Made by a program: the position numbers and the translations under genes. A stretch of 64,000 nt of DNA from Octopus bimaculoides (lineage: Eukaryota). The notes beneath the pieces are model-generated. The model made no database searches. It was given only the letters and a program-made list of their open reading frames with translations, and was not told the DNA's origin. Positions within the stretch are counted from its first letter, which is position 1. Every line of letters starts with the position of its first letter. The stretch spans positions 46,286,698 through 46,350,697 of the forward strand of contig NC_068997.1 in NCBI RefSeq assembly GCF_001194135.2, written 5' to 3'. Below, piece after piece: positions 26,919 through 41,100 of this stretch.

Positions 26919-29900
26919 GTTCTGACATCGAATACTTTGTATCTTGATTATCCTGTTATGTTCTTTTCAATTATTTCATTGGTTAAATATCTTTCATTGT
27001 TAACTCCATCCAGTTGCACAGGTAATGTGCACAGGTGACGTGTGCAGGTGGAGCTTGGTTTTCACATCACTTGTTCTTTGTTAAAATGCAGCAGTCTGGA
27101 ACTATTGCGTTGATGCTCTGTCTCCCACTCGCTCGCTCGCTCACTCACTCATTCTCTCTGTCTTTTTTTGTTCTACTTTCTATGTCCTCTCTCTCTCTCT
27201 TTTGATTTCTTTCTCTCTCTCTCTCACTCTCTCTGTCTTTCTCTAGTGCTGTTAATGTTTCTCCTTCCTCCAGCTGCTCTAAATTACTTCTGTCAGTTGG
27301 CATCCTGTATCAACTGTCTTTTATGTAACATAACTAATGACTGTGTAGATGTTTGTGTGAGTGCACGCATGTGTGTGCAAATATATTTGCAGATGTTTGT
27401 GTGTGTGTGTGGTATGTTTTGCTCATCATTGATAATTTAAAATTTCGTTGGTGAGAGAAAGTGGCAGAGTGGTCCAGCACGTTGGGCTAATTGACTACAT
27501 GGTGAAAAGTTCAAACCTTGTAGGAGCCATTGTTTTCTTTTCTTTTTTTTTTTTTTTTACTTTCTAATGACGAGTAGGGAAACCAGCACCTGTGACCCTT
27601 TTCAGGGTTTCTGAGATTGGTGGAAGGAATGAGGAAGTTATCCTCAGACTGAACATTTGTTCCCTAATGCTTTCAACAAAGTGGATGCTTTATTTCCTTG
27701 TGTATAATGTGAGAGATATAATACAAAATATCAGGATGAAATCTGAGTGGGAGTCTAGCATTTTGCATGGATGTAAAAAGGATTTTTTTTCTTCTAAGGT
27801 GCAAAAATTTTGGGTCCCATTATAGTCAAAATAATATTGTACTTAAATAACTATGATATATTACATGAACCATTTAAACTAGGAGTAAGCTACCTAGAAG
27901 GATGATGTGGCTATCTTTCGATTTGATGTGAGGAAATGTCAAGTGAAAAGCACATGGGTTTTGTTTACATCTAATCAGCATATTGCAGTTCACCTATTGT
28001 GGTTTATTATTTAAGCTTACATCGATTCCTCCGTGGTGTTGTTTTGCATTTATAATAAAATAAATATATACAAATTATAAAAATTAAAAAAACACATACG
28101 GTACAGTGCTGTTTCTACTTCGCCGATTTTCACCTATCGCAGGGGTTTTTGGAATGTAACACCTGTGATAGTTGAGGGATTACTGTAAATGTTTTTTTTT
28201 TCTATTTTTAAAAAATTTTATTGCTACCTGAGATATTTGGTTTTGATGACAGAAAAAAAAAAATGAAAATACTGTAAATTCTATTTTTTTTTTCACCTTG
28301 TTTTAAAATGCCCCATTTATGTTTTATAAATTTCAGTGTATAAGAAAATGATAGTATCAGTGTGTGTATGTGTTATGTATGTGTGTAATGCATGTATGTA
28401 ATGTATGCATGTATGTAGTGTATGTATGTAATATATGTGTGTAATATATGTGTGGTTGTGTGTGTGTATGCTTGTATGGTTATATATATATATATGTGAA
28501 CATGTAGCTGCAGATGTTGGCATATTTATAAATATTTACATGTGTGGAAAATATTGGCATATTCACATATTCCATATGTGAATATTTTGATTTGAGTTTT
28601 AATTTTTCATTTCTTTTATTACTCAGCCTCTTCAGCTCTCTCTCTCTCTCTCTTAATTGTCTATTTCACTTTCTCATCTATTGGTAACACTTTCTTTCTG
28701 TCTGTCTCTTTCTCACTGTCTGTCTGTCTTTCTCTTTGTCTGTCTTTCTCTGTGTCTGTCTGTCTTTCTCTGTCTGTCTGTCTGTCTTTCTTTGTGTCTG
28801 TCTGTCTGTCTTTCTCTGTGTCTGTCTGTCTGTCTTTCTCTGTGTCTGTCTGTCTGTCTTTCTCTGTGTCTGTCTGTCTTTCTCTCCATATCTGTCAGTC
28901 TCTTGCTCTCTGTCTCTTACTCTTTGTCTTTGTATCACTTTCTCTCTGTCTGTCTCTATCTATCTCTCCATCTGTCTGTCTCTCTATCGTTTTCTCTATC
29001 CCCTCAGAATTAAGGAAACCAAGTTGTAAGTACTGTTTCTATTATATTCTGGACATAATGCTATTTGCAGTGGCTTGCCAGTTTATCAGTGTGTATATTT
29101 TATTCCAGTGCCCCCTGTCTCTGTCAGGAGATACTAGTTTTAACTCCTTGCATTTTAGGTACAAGATCTTCAACTAGAACCTTTCAAAATATGTTTGGCT
29201 TTTTTTGCACCTCAATTCCTCTGCTATTTTACCCTTTGTTTTATATAATTTTTCTGTTATTTTTTTGTTTTTAATTTTTCTTTTTTTTATAATAATTCTT
29301 ATTTTATTTTATTACTTTTTTCTTTTATCTTTCTTGTTTGTTGTTCATTCTATTCCCCCTTCTCCCACCAACCCTTTCTTCTCTCATTTGTTTCCATTGA
29401 AGTAAAATGTGGAAAACAAAAGGGAGAGGAGACCAAGTTTTGCACTGTGTGTTATATATATTCTTAAGTTTGTAATTATGTATATGTTTGTGTGTGTGTA
29501 GTAGCAGTAGTTGTTGTCCATGAGGTTTAAATCTGGCAAGTTTGGAGCCCACAAGTTTGTTATTACATAATTGTAAGGATTATCTGACATCCATTCTTGG
29601 ATTACTTAGGCTTTGTGAAAAGGTGCTGAGTCATGTTGAAACACATGGCCTTTCACTTCATCCATTAACAACTGTTTGCAGCATCTCAATGTATCCAACA
29701 GCATTGATTCTAAGACTTTGTAGAAAGATGTGAGTTGGCATGACATGATGTTCATTACTCACCTTTCCTAAAACCATCACAGTTGCTGGAAACTTAATGT
29801 GTATAACTCTGGGGACATTGGACAGATCTGCACATAACCATCTGTCAGACTTATGGTCTATCTTGGTTGAAGTTTTTCTCATCAGAGAAGAACCAAAGCA

Positions 29901-30452
29901 TGCCATGTTTGTGAGGGTTTTTAAAGCCTTGTTAAATAACTACTTGGCATAGATCAAATCAGTTTTCTAGTGACTTTGCTGACATGAATTGGCCTCCACT
30001 CAGCACATCTTATCAGGTGTCCTCACAGTTCTGATGGTTCACTCAGACACCTGAAGTTCTTTGATGATGGCTCTCATTGATTTTCTGGGTTTACCATCAA
30101 AAAGGCTTTAAACTCATTTGATGAATTGCTGTGTCCTTATAGTGTTTGAACGTTTAGAATATATTTTTCTCTTTTATACAGCTGAAACATTCCTGCCAGA
30201 GGTTTCCAATTCTAGCCAATCTTTGTACAAAAAAATCTTGCAACATTTAAGAAGTTTGCAATTTCTAAATTATTATGTTATGTAGACCTGGCAACAATAA
30301 CTGCATGTCTTTTCATTTCTTGTGTTCATATTTTATTTGTTATGGAGTATCTGAAAGAAATCAAAAGCTTTAAATTAGTTTGAAGAGAGTAATACACTGT
30401 TAAGTATCCTCAAGTATTCCTCATACTCTGTATACATATGTGTGTGTGTCTC

Positions 30453-30486
<34 letters not shown>

Positions 30487-30752
30487 CACCTATACCTGAT
30501 TACATATATATGCATATACATATGTGTATTCATAAATGCATATTATCTATATGTATATGTATTTACATGTACATGGGTGTGTGTTTGTGTAATTACAGGT
30601 ATATGTGTATAGATGTGCATATATATGTAGCTATATGTATAAACAAAGTGTTTGAAAGAAATAATTTCATATATACATGTGTGCATGTATGTATGTCTAT
30701 GTATGAATGTGTATACACACACACATTGTTACAATTGTCTGTGCTTTCCCTT

Positions 30753-30792
<40 letters not shown>

Positions 30793-31670
30793 TATGTGTG
30801 TGTGTATATATATNNNNNNNNNNNNNNNNNNNNNNNNNNNNNNNNNNNNNNNNNNNNNNNNNNNNNNNNNNNNNNNNNNNNNNNNNNNNNNNNNNNNNNN
30901 NNNNNNNNNNNNNNNNNNNNNNNNNNNNNNNNNNNNNNNNNNNNNNNNNNNNNNNNNNNNNNNNNNNNNNNNNNNNNNNNNNNNNNNNNNNNNNNNNNNN
31001 NNNNNNNNNNNNNNNNNNNNNNNNNNNNNNNNNNNNNNNNNNNNNNNNNNNNNNNNNNNNNNNNNNNNNNNNNNNNNNNNNNNNNNNNNNNNNNNNAAAA
31101 ATTTATTTTGCTTTCTTTCTAGATTGTTCTAGTATTTCAGTGCTATTTATATTCCAAACCTCTTGAAAGTAACTACTAAAATGTTTATTCTTTTCTTTTT
31201 TGTTTGGAATGGCAGTTTTTCTCTTTTTTTTTTCATTTGCATTTATCATTATTATTAAGGCAGAATCATTAGCACACCAGCCAAAATGCTTAGCGGCATT
31301 TCTCTTGTCTTTATGTCCTGAGTTCAAATTCTGCCATGGTTGACTTTGCCTTTCATCCTTTTGGGGTCAATTAAGCGCCAGTGAAACACTGGGGGGGTCG
31401 CTGTAATTAACTAGTCCCTTCCCAAATTTCAAGCCTTTTACCTTCAGTAGAAAGGATTATTAATGAAGTGGTGAGCTGGCAGAATCAGGATGTTGGGCAA
31501 AATGCTTAGCGGCATTTCGTCAGTATGTTCTGAGTTCAAATTCCGCTGGCGTCAGCTTTGCCTTTCATCCTTTCGGGGTTGATAAACTAAGTACCAGTCA
31601 AATACTGGGGTTGATGTGATTGACTTACCCCTCCCCACAAATTTCAGTCCTTGTGCCTATAGTAGAAAGG

Positions 31671-31705
<35 letters not shown>

Positions 31706-34700
31706 GGTGGTGAGCTATTGTAGTATTAGTATTGGCAGTGATTGTCAATGGGAGAAGATGGGTCATGGTGCCTTTGGCCGATGCATGCTTGGGAGGTTCT
31801 GCTTGGGAGTGAAGGCAGTGATTGTAGTAATTTCAGGAGGGGTGGTCGTAATAGTATAATGTATGAGCAAAAACAATGTCATATCTTGTTACATTGCAAT
31901 TTCAAATCTCACAAGAGTATGTGACTCCAGACGGATGGAAAACAGACTAAAATGGATTCAGGATACTCTATCCCTTCCCTACAAAAATTTGCTATACAGC
32001 TAGCAAAATGCTTTAAGAAAAATAATTACATATGTATAATAATTCAGTCTTATTGGGAGTTGATAATCCTTTATCTGAAATATTTTCAAGTAAAGAAAGG
32101 GTTTAACCCTTTAGCATTTAATCTGGCTGTATTTAGCCTAAATATTCTACCTGTTTTATATCCAAACTGGTCACATCGAGCTTCTCACACCTATCCTACA
32201 ATGTCATTCTTATAATAAACAATCCCATTATTGAAATTTCTTAGCTACATGATTAATTCAAAAGAATGTGAATAAATAAGTATTATATTTGACAGAGTAA
32301 TCTGAATGCTAAGGGGTTTTAAAAAAAGGGGTTGTGTTAGTGAAGGGTGTAGGTGAGGATGAAACAAATGTGTAAAATTCAGAAATTTAATTTAAAAATT
32401 TTTTTGTGGTTGGCTAAGTGAAGTGAATATGTAAAGAGGCAAATTTAGTTTTGGTGGAAATTGGAATACCCTTAAAGTTGAAACTGTTACATGTCATGTG
32501 AGACTGAATAAGCACCAAATTTACATAAACCTACATTCGTGGTGTATATATAAGAGGTATTATGAAATGTAATTGAATAATGTATTGAGATTTGAAACTT
32601 GGGTTCCACACCCAGGCTGTACCACATATATACATATATATGTCTTCGTCATCATTTAATATCCGTTTTCTATGCTGGCATGGATTTGACCAGGACTGGT
32701 AAGCCAGAGAGCTGTATCAGGCTCCAGTCTGATATATGTATGTAATCGTCATCACTGTTAAGTGCTCCTCTTCCATGCTGCTGTGGATTGGATATGGTTC
32801 AACAGGATGTGAAGCCAGAATACTGCACTGAGCCCCAGTATCTGCTTTGGCATAATTCCTTTGGCCTGATGGCCTTCCTAAACACACACTGTTTAGTGGT
32901 TGGAAGGAAGATAGGAAGTTATTTTCAGAGTGGAGACCTAGGAGACCTATCCTGAAGGATTGCACCAGAATAGACTCTGCAAAAAGCACCCATCAACCAC
33001 TTGGTAGCGTTACCATACTTCTATTGAAATACGTTACCTTCGTTGCAATTAATTTTGAAAATAATGAAGACTATAAAGCGGTGGTTTTACCACTTTTATA
33101 ATGGGCTGAGATTATCTTATTTATATGGTGATTATTCTCTTGAGTAAACTTTTCTAAGTCCACGTCAGTTTGTCACCAATTTATAACATTATGTTGGATT
33201 ATCTGGTTTAAAATGTTTTTGACTTGGAAAAGATAATAAATATAGATGTTTATTGAGTAGAAATCTATAGTGATAAACCCGTCACTTATAACTTATAAGT
33301 ATTATCACTATACATAAATCTTAACTCAGGCTGCATAGATGCCGTGATGAATTATATACACCTGGATGCTGAAACGTACATGTATGTTGAAGATAAATAA
33401 GCTCGCTCTTTTTCACCGCTATAATAACAGTTTCATAGTTACAGAAATAAATCTCATCAACAGGTTGAAGAAAACGAAGAAAGAGAAAGTATTTACTAAA
33501 TTACTTTATTTACATACATTTAATATTTACAGTACATTTAGAAGTCAAAGGAAATTGTTGTAGAGAGTTACAACATAAAATTTATATTACTAATTCTTCC
33601 ATACTAAGCTACTAGAGTTGATTTAAGTAATAGACATGGCATAAAAATAACCAATATCTCAAAAGAGCGAGCGTTGTGGAAATGAGTGACAACCAACGAT
33701 CACTGAGTGTGAGTGTCGTGGAGTCGAGTGACAACCAACGATCACTGATTAATCTCCCAAAAATCAGGGTTTTGATATCTGCTCATACCTGAACTCTAAG
33801 AACCGTATTTTGTGAAAGATTTCTCTTTGACGAAAGTTTAGAATTCAAATATGGACAGTAATTTCAACCAATGGGAAACTAAGAATTATACCTATTCAGG
33901 CAATATGACCATTACATCATATTACTGCCGATAAAGGTTTATTATGACTTGCTACAAGACTTTAGTAAAATAACTGCCATTATTAAAGCTGGTGAAGTCA
34001 GTGAGCTGGCAGTATCATTAGCATGCCAGGTGAAAATACTGCTATTTTGTCTGTCTTCACGTTTTCAGTTCAAATTTGGCCGAGGTTGACTTCACCTTTC
34101 ATGGTTGATAAATTAAGTACCAGTGAAACACTGGGGTTGATGTAATTGACTAGTTCCCTCCCCGAAATTTCAGGCCTTGTGCCTTTAGAAGAAGGGATTA
34201 TTATTATTATTATTATTATTAAGGTGGCGAGTTGGCAGAATCGTTAGCATGCCGGGCAAAATGCTTAGCAGTATTTCATCAGTCTTCACAATTTGGGTTC
34301 ATATTCCACCAAGGTTGACTTTGCCTTTTATTCTTTTGAGTACTGGGGTCGATGTAATCGACTAGTCCCCTAACCCCAAATTTCAGGCTTTGTTCCTACA
34401 GTAGAAAAGGTTATTAAGCTGATGTTTGGAACCTGAATTGTTTTGGAATTTTGATGGAGGGTCTTAATTTAGATCACTTTAAAACAGGAAATTTGTCTCC
34501 TGGAACCATGGGTAATCTTGGGCAGATTAGCACCAACAGAGTTAAACCAGGCGATAGATTAAGCCTGTTGTCCAAGAATGGCACCCAAAAAATTTGTCTC
34601 TGTGTTAAAGTTAGAAATGATTATCTGATTCAGAGATCTACCACCTTCATTCCCGATTCCATTCCCACCCTAGTTGTTATCAATTTGACCTCAGTCAAAG

Positions 34701-35081
34701 GTCATCATGAATATCGTCAATTAATTGTATACAAAACTATAGTCTCTCAGCACTAAATCTGTATTTTATTTTATTTAAAAAATTTTTTATATAGCAGTGG
34801 AACCCATGGAAATATAGGGCAGGGAGCAGTGGGTTGGATGTTTTTAGGGTGCTCATGTATGAAGGTGAAGGGTATGTGGCCTAGTGGTTAGAGTGTTGCA
34901 CTCAGGTTCACAAGATCCTAGTTCCAGTTCCCTGTGGTGCATGTGTGGTAAGAAGCTTACTTCCCAACCATATGGTTCTGGGTTCAGTCCCACTGGGCAA
35001 GTGTCTTCTACTATAGACTCGGGGGCTGACCAAATCCTTGTGAGTGGATTTGATAGACGGAAACTGAAAGAAGCCCACCAT

Positions 35082-35136
<55 letters not shown>

Positions 35137-38100
35137 ATTTAATGTCTTGCTTCTATGCTGGCATAGGTTAGATGATGTGACAGGAGCTGACCAGGCAGAA
35201 CCCTGCACCATACTTCTGTGTCTGTCTCGGCACGGTTTTTACAGCTGGATGCCCTTCCTACCATCCAATGTCTGTGTTTGTCACTTCTACTCCTGCCACT
35301 TGACAACCGGTGTTGGTGTGTTTACATCCCTGTAACTTAGCAATATGGCAAAAGACACCAATAGAATAAGTACCAGGCTAAAAATGAAAATAAAATAAGA
35401 ATAAAAAGCAGTTTTTTTTTTACTAAAAGTTTTTCAAGGCAGTGTCCCAGAATGGTTGCAGCCTAATGATTGATATAAAAAATAAAACACTTCATTTCAG
35501 GCTGCTCCAATCCAAGTAACTATAAATAAGTAACCTTGCAAAGGACTGGTATCCCATTCAGGGAGGAATGCTGGTTGTGGTGGTCCACTCAAGGCAGTAA
35601 TGTCCTGAGGTTGATGGTGATGATGAATATATGGTGGTACCAGATTGTGTGTATTTAAGGGTGGTGACCCCATCAAGGTTTGGTATTTTACTTTGTGCAA
35701 ATAAGGGCGTATTTAATATTTGTCTTTGGTCAACAAAAAGCAAATGTGTATTAAGCAAATTTAAAATGTTTTGTATAATTGTATTTTTCATAGTCATTAA
35801 TCCTGATTTTAATCTGCTCCAGTCTTTCATCTTGACTTCTGTCTCAGTCATTAAGCTCACTCTCTATTCCAGTTTATGATGCTGACCTCTGTCCCTATAA
35901 CCCTGACATCCACTATAGTTAATGATTCTGATCTTTGTCTCAGCTCATAATCCAGACCTCTGCTTCAGCCCGTAAGCTTGGCTTTTACAACAGCCTATAA
36001 GCCTGGCTTCGACAATAGCCTTAAAAGATTAGCTTCCACAACAGCCTATAAGCCTGGCCTCTGCCTCAGCCTATAAGCCCAGTTTTTTTTTATCCTTTGT
36101 CCCAGTTTTTAATCCCGACCAAAACCACAATTTGTAATCTTGGTTTCTTTCTCTGTTTATAATTTCAAACACTTTCTTATTCTGTTACCTTCACTCCAAC
36201 ACAACCTTTAATTCTGACGTCTGACACAGCCTATAATTGCAGTCAAAACTGTATTGTCATTAAGGTAAAGGATGTGTGTACTCACTATGAATGCACATGC
36301 ATTTGAATGAGCAGACAACCAAATGTATCCTTATATAAGATAATGTACCAACCATACCAGTTGACTACATGCCTCATATTGAAAACATTCACACTTGTTC
36401 TCACATATATGCATAACATTTTTACACATAGCTTGTATCCACACACACTCTCTCTCTCGGGTATGTGTTATATCTCTACACATGCATACATACACACTGA
36501 TACATGCTATATCCTTACTAACATATTTACAATGTCCTTGTTAATATATTTCAGATGTGTGGTATATCTACCTACCATATCTCTACTCATGCATATCTTT
36601 CCTGGGAGTATTGGCACTGCTGTGTGAGTATTATTGCTTCTTTTATGGCAGAACTGTTAGTATCCTTGCAGTATTTGTTGTGACTCTCTGCATTCTGAGT
36701 TCAGATCCTATGCAGGTCAGCTTTGTCTTTTTGGATGGCGGGAGTGGGGTGGGTGGGTCAATAAAACGGTTAGCAATCCAGGTTAATGGATTGGTAGAAC
36801 TATTGGAGAATCAGGTAAGGTTTCCTTGTGGCATCATATCAAACACTTTGTGTTCTGACAGAAATGCCTGGGATGAACTGGTATGCCATGATGTATCTGT
36901 CCTTTGCCTTGTATAAACATCAGTGGCATGGAGAGGGAAGATTTGCATGCATGGCAACCGCTTCTCTTCCAACAAAAAAAAAAAAAAATAATAATCTAAC
37001 CCAGTCCTCTGCATACATGTACTGTTGTATGGTCAACCTTGTCTGACAGCCCCCACACCTCGAAATCCATATCAACTGACTTAGTATTTTTTTATTTTCT
37101 AAGACTTTGTTCTTGCATTTCATTAAATTCTTACTTGTGATTGTAATACTTTTAATATCTAATTGAATGTTGCTTCATCTACTTCTCATCTTTTCTCTTC
37201 TGCAGTGTGCACTCCTGTCGGATTTGCTCGGATGTTCACTGTTATGGGACAGCTAGTTGTGAAACCACAGGTCTGTACAAAGTTTGTTTTATGTTTGGAT
37301 TGTTAGTGGTGGCATTAGCATGTTAGATTTCACTGAATGTAAGGTACAGTAGGGTTAAAATAGAGAACTGCATAACTTTATAATCCTTTTGTTACCGTAT
37401 TTCTATTGAAACACAGTTTTCATTTCAATCAGTTTTGAATATAATGAATTTTCCAAAATACCTTTGTCATTATTCAGCTGGTGACTGGAACATATATTAA
37501 CACGGAATGTTGATGGAAAGTTTAAATTTAAAACAATTTAAAACAAAATTTGTTTCATAGAACTTGATTGGTCTCATGTGGTTTGATATTTAAAAAGGGT
37601 TAAAATTATAAGTTCTCTTGACAATACCATTGGTGCTGCTATACGGAAGGTATAATACTAAGTTTACTTCCACTATCTTACAAAACTGTCTAAAAGGAGT
37701 CTACTCTCAGCTCATTCTCTACTTTAAGGTCAACCTGGATCAACAGTTGATGATAAAATCTATCCAATATGGGACCTTTTTTTTTTTTTTTCAACCGAGA
37801 AGGCACGGATTTTGATGAATCTAGAATAGCTGGATGAAGTAACCCCCGAAAGTTGGTTCATGCACTGGACACATCTAGTGATAAGAAAAAACATGCAGCA
37901 GTGTGTGTGTGTGCGTGCGTGCGTGTGCGTGCGTGTGTGCGCGCGCGCGCATGAAATTCTCTGCTAATACTAGTAAATCTACCAGTACTAGATACCACAG
38001 GATAATCTAATGACAAGTTTCTCACAGATTGCTTAGTACTTTAAGAGAACTTACATAACTTTGATATGGTCTCTTCCATAACTTTAGTATTGATTCTTCC

Positions 38101-41100
38101 CTTTTGCTTTTTTTTTCTCCAGTTCCTCCATGATATCGACTCAGATCTGTTCCAGGCATCACTCACTGAAGAAGACCTACTCCGCAAGATAAAACATTCC
38201 AAGTGTGGTAAGCAACTTGATTTGGTTATTTCTTCAGCTTCCTCTGAAGTTCAAGCATTTGAAATTAGTATGTTACTGTTCTGTTGGTCATGTTAGGATT
38301 CAAGCTACCATAATTTCTATGTTACTGCTATGTTGGTGAAAGCATATGACCTGGTGGTTAAGGTGTCAACCTCATGATCACAAGGTCATGGTTTCCATTC
38401 TTGGACTGAGTTGTGCAATGTGTCCTTGAGCAAAGCACTCCATGCTGCTCCAGTGTGCTTGACTGAAAAATGAGTACCAGCTTAGTGCTGGTGCAGCCTT
38501 CTCTACTTCCATCTGTCACATCCTGAATGTTCTGCTGAATTAAGGGTGGGTGGGCAAAGAGGCTGCTCAGGACTACACAGGCACCTAAAACAATTTGCAA
38601 AACCATGATACATGCTCCTGAGTTGGTATCAGTCTGGTGACCAATGACTTTGGTTTTTATCACTGTATTGGTCATCTGATGACTCAAGTTGTCGTATTTG
38701 TATATTATTGTGATGGCTCAAGTTGTTTTAGATTGTTTGTTACTGTTGTGTTGGTCGTTTGATTACCCAAGGTATTTTACTTTGTGTTACTGCTAAGTTC
38801 CCTTTTTTGTTGTGACACACCTCTGTTCGTCGAGCCCCTAATACCTCAGTCTTTCTATATTCATAAAGGTCCTTCCAAGATAGCAAATGGGACAGCAGGC
38901 ACTGACTTTTCCCAAAGACTTGAAGAAGTTCGAAAGTTGAAACAAGAACTTGGTAAGTGTCTTAAAATAAACAAACAAAAGTATCAAAACAAAAATGCAC
39001 TCACCTTGATTACCTGGTAATTTTGATCTCTAGTAATTCTTTAATCTGCCCCAACAGGCCTTTGGGGTGATCAACATCTAAAGTTTAGGGCTGACCAAGT
39101 CTTTATGTTAGCATTTAGTTAATGGTATGACGGCAATACCTAATCTGAGAGATAGGTTCCAGTGAGTCATGCAGACAACTGGTATAAGATTTTTGCTGCA
39201 GTTTATGAGTTCAAGACTTGTTATGAATTATTATACTGTACCATAAATAATATTGGGTTAGGTGTTGACATGGCTATGTGGTTAGGAAGCTTGCTTCTGG
39301 GCACCTTGATCAACTGTCTTTCATAGCTCTAGGCTAACAAAAGTTTTGTGAGTGGATTTGGTTGACAGAAACTAAATGAAGACCATTGTATATGTGTATG
39401 TGTCTCCTTATCTTGACATAGCATGTTAATTGTAGATGAGTGTCACTGTCATATAAGCAGTGTCATTCATTTTCCAATATATTCTGCAAAAGCATATCTG
39501 GCTTTGGAGAAATATTACTTTGTTTGGAAACATATGAGGGTTGGCAACAGGGAAGGCATTCACCTTGGTAAACTTCATCTGACTCATGCAAGCATGTTAA
39601 AACAATGAAGATGATAATATTTCAACAAGTAGAGTACAAACAACTGAGAACGCTTCAGTCTGCTAAGCTGAGCAAAACTTTACCTCTTCCATTTTGTTTG
39701 TGGTCGGTGCGTAAAATAGGAAGTGATGTAAAGTGTAAGATGTGAAATTGTTAAAACTCTTCTCAGTTCTCCTTCATAGATGCTGACATGAAAAACAGGG
39801 GAGGACGATAGGGAATCAAAAAGAAAGAAAAAATGCAATGTCATTTTAGTTAATGTTGCAAAATATATTTTCATTAAAATATGTTTCTAGAATTTAATTT
39901 AGTTGAAGACAACGAAAATAATTTTTTAGTAAAGATGCAATTTGTAATTATTTTATCGTTTCAGAAAAACGAAAACAGGTTTCTTCATTGCGAAGAAATC
40001 TAGGTTATCCACTTGTCATTCTGATATTGCTAGCCCTGACAGTAAGTAACATCTTGACATTTTGTTGAATTTGATATTATTATTATTGTCATACACCGTG
40101 ATTACGTTTTAGTTTGTCTCCTTTCTCAGATATGAGAGAGTGAGATAGCTAGAAGATAATTAGTCCTTGGAATACCCCATATATTTCATTTAAGGGGTTG
40201 GAAACCTTTACTTTTTTTTTTTTTGAAGGCTAAAACCAACACCGGCAGTAACTTCCATTTGAAAAAAAAACAAAAGAAAAAAAAACTGAAAATAAGCAAG
40301 GGAGGTAACTCCAATAAGATTGACTAAATTTTTTCATAATACAAACATGGTAGTTGGTGTGAATCTGGTTTTCGAAGTTAGCTGATAAAAGCAATGGATA
40401 TACTGAACTTTATAGACTTTGTCAGTTAATGATATTCTGTACATGGCTGTGTGGCTAAGAAGTTCGTTTCCCGACTATGTGGTTTCAATTCCACTGCATG
40501 TCGTCATGGGCAAATGTCTTCTGACTGAAACCTGTGAATCTCTCTCTCCTGTATATGTTGATTCCTATGTACTTGTGTGGTTCTGTGAATGTTAGTAATT
40601 CTGAATCTTCCTTCTGTTGCAGGCTATCTGTGTCCTAATGGTGTCTCACAATATGTTTCAACTGCTGATTGGTATAAAAGCTTTACCCTTTGGGACCAAA
40701 GTAAGTAGCAACCATCTCTTGTTTAACACTGATTTCTTTCTAATTATAGACAAGTAATGTCCATATCTTTTCTCAACAGCTATCTAAATGAAGTGAAATA
40801 TCTTCAACTGTGAATGGAAGATGATTTACTTTGCTAACCAGGAGCTTAGTTTTCTGCAGTATTTGGTCATTTTTATTAACCTATTTGTATCATGATTTCC
40901 TTTTGTTATGTGATTGACCTTTGCATTCTAATGCTAGCATGAACAAGCCTAATGTTTGTGTATTGGACTATAGCTATAACACAGACATAGTATATATTAT
41001 GCAACATTAGATTATTGTTGATGTTGCTGAGCTTCAGTTTAGCTCTGATTTACAGCCCTAGAACCAAAGTGGTTCCAGTAATAACTCTCTCTCTTTTTTT

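Noticed and set aside
33340-33390. Second hammerhead-like string (GTGATGA...GAAACGTAC..GTA)
   Set aside because: C3 is mutated and I could not form a convincing stem I or II.
33684-33748. 23-bp direct repeat with a 19-bp spacer (CRISPR-like look)
   Set aside because: Only two units in a eukaryotic intron; a small local duplication.
38784-38868. In-frame upstream extension of exon 10 (…[18 protein letters not shown])
   Set aside because: It needs a weak GTGTGG donor at 38203. The branch-like CCCTAAT and pyrimidine tract lie inside the extension, which favours the 38869 acceptor.
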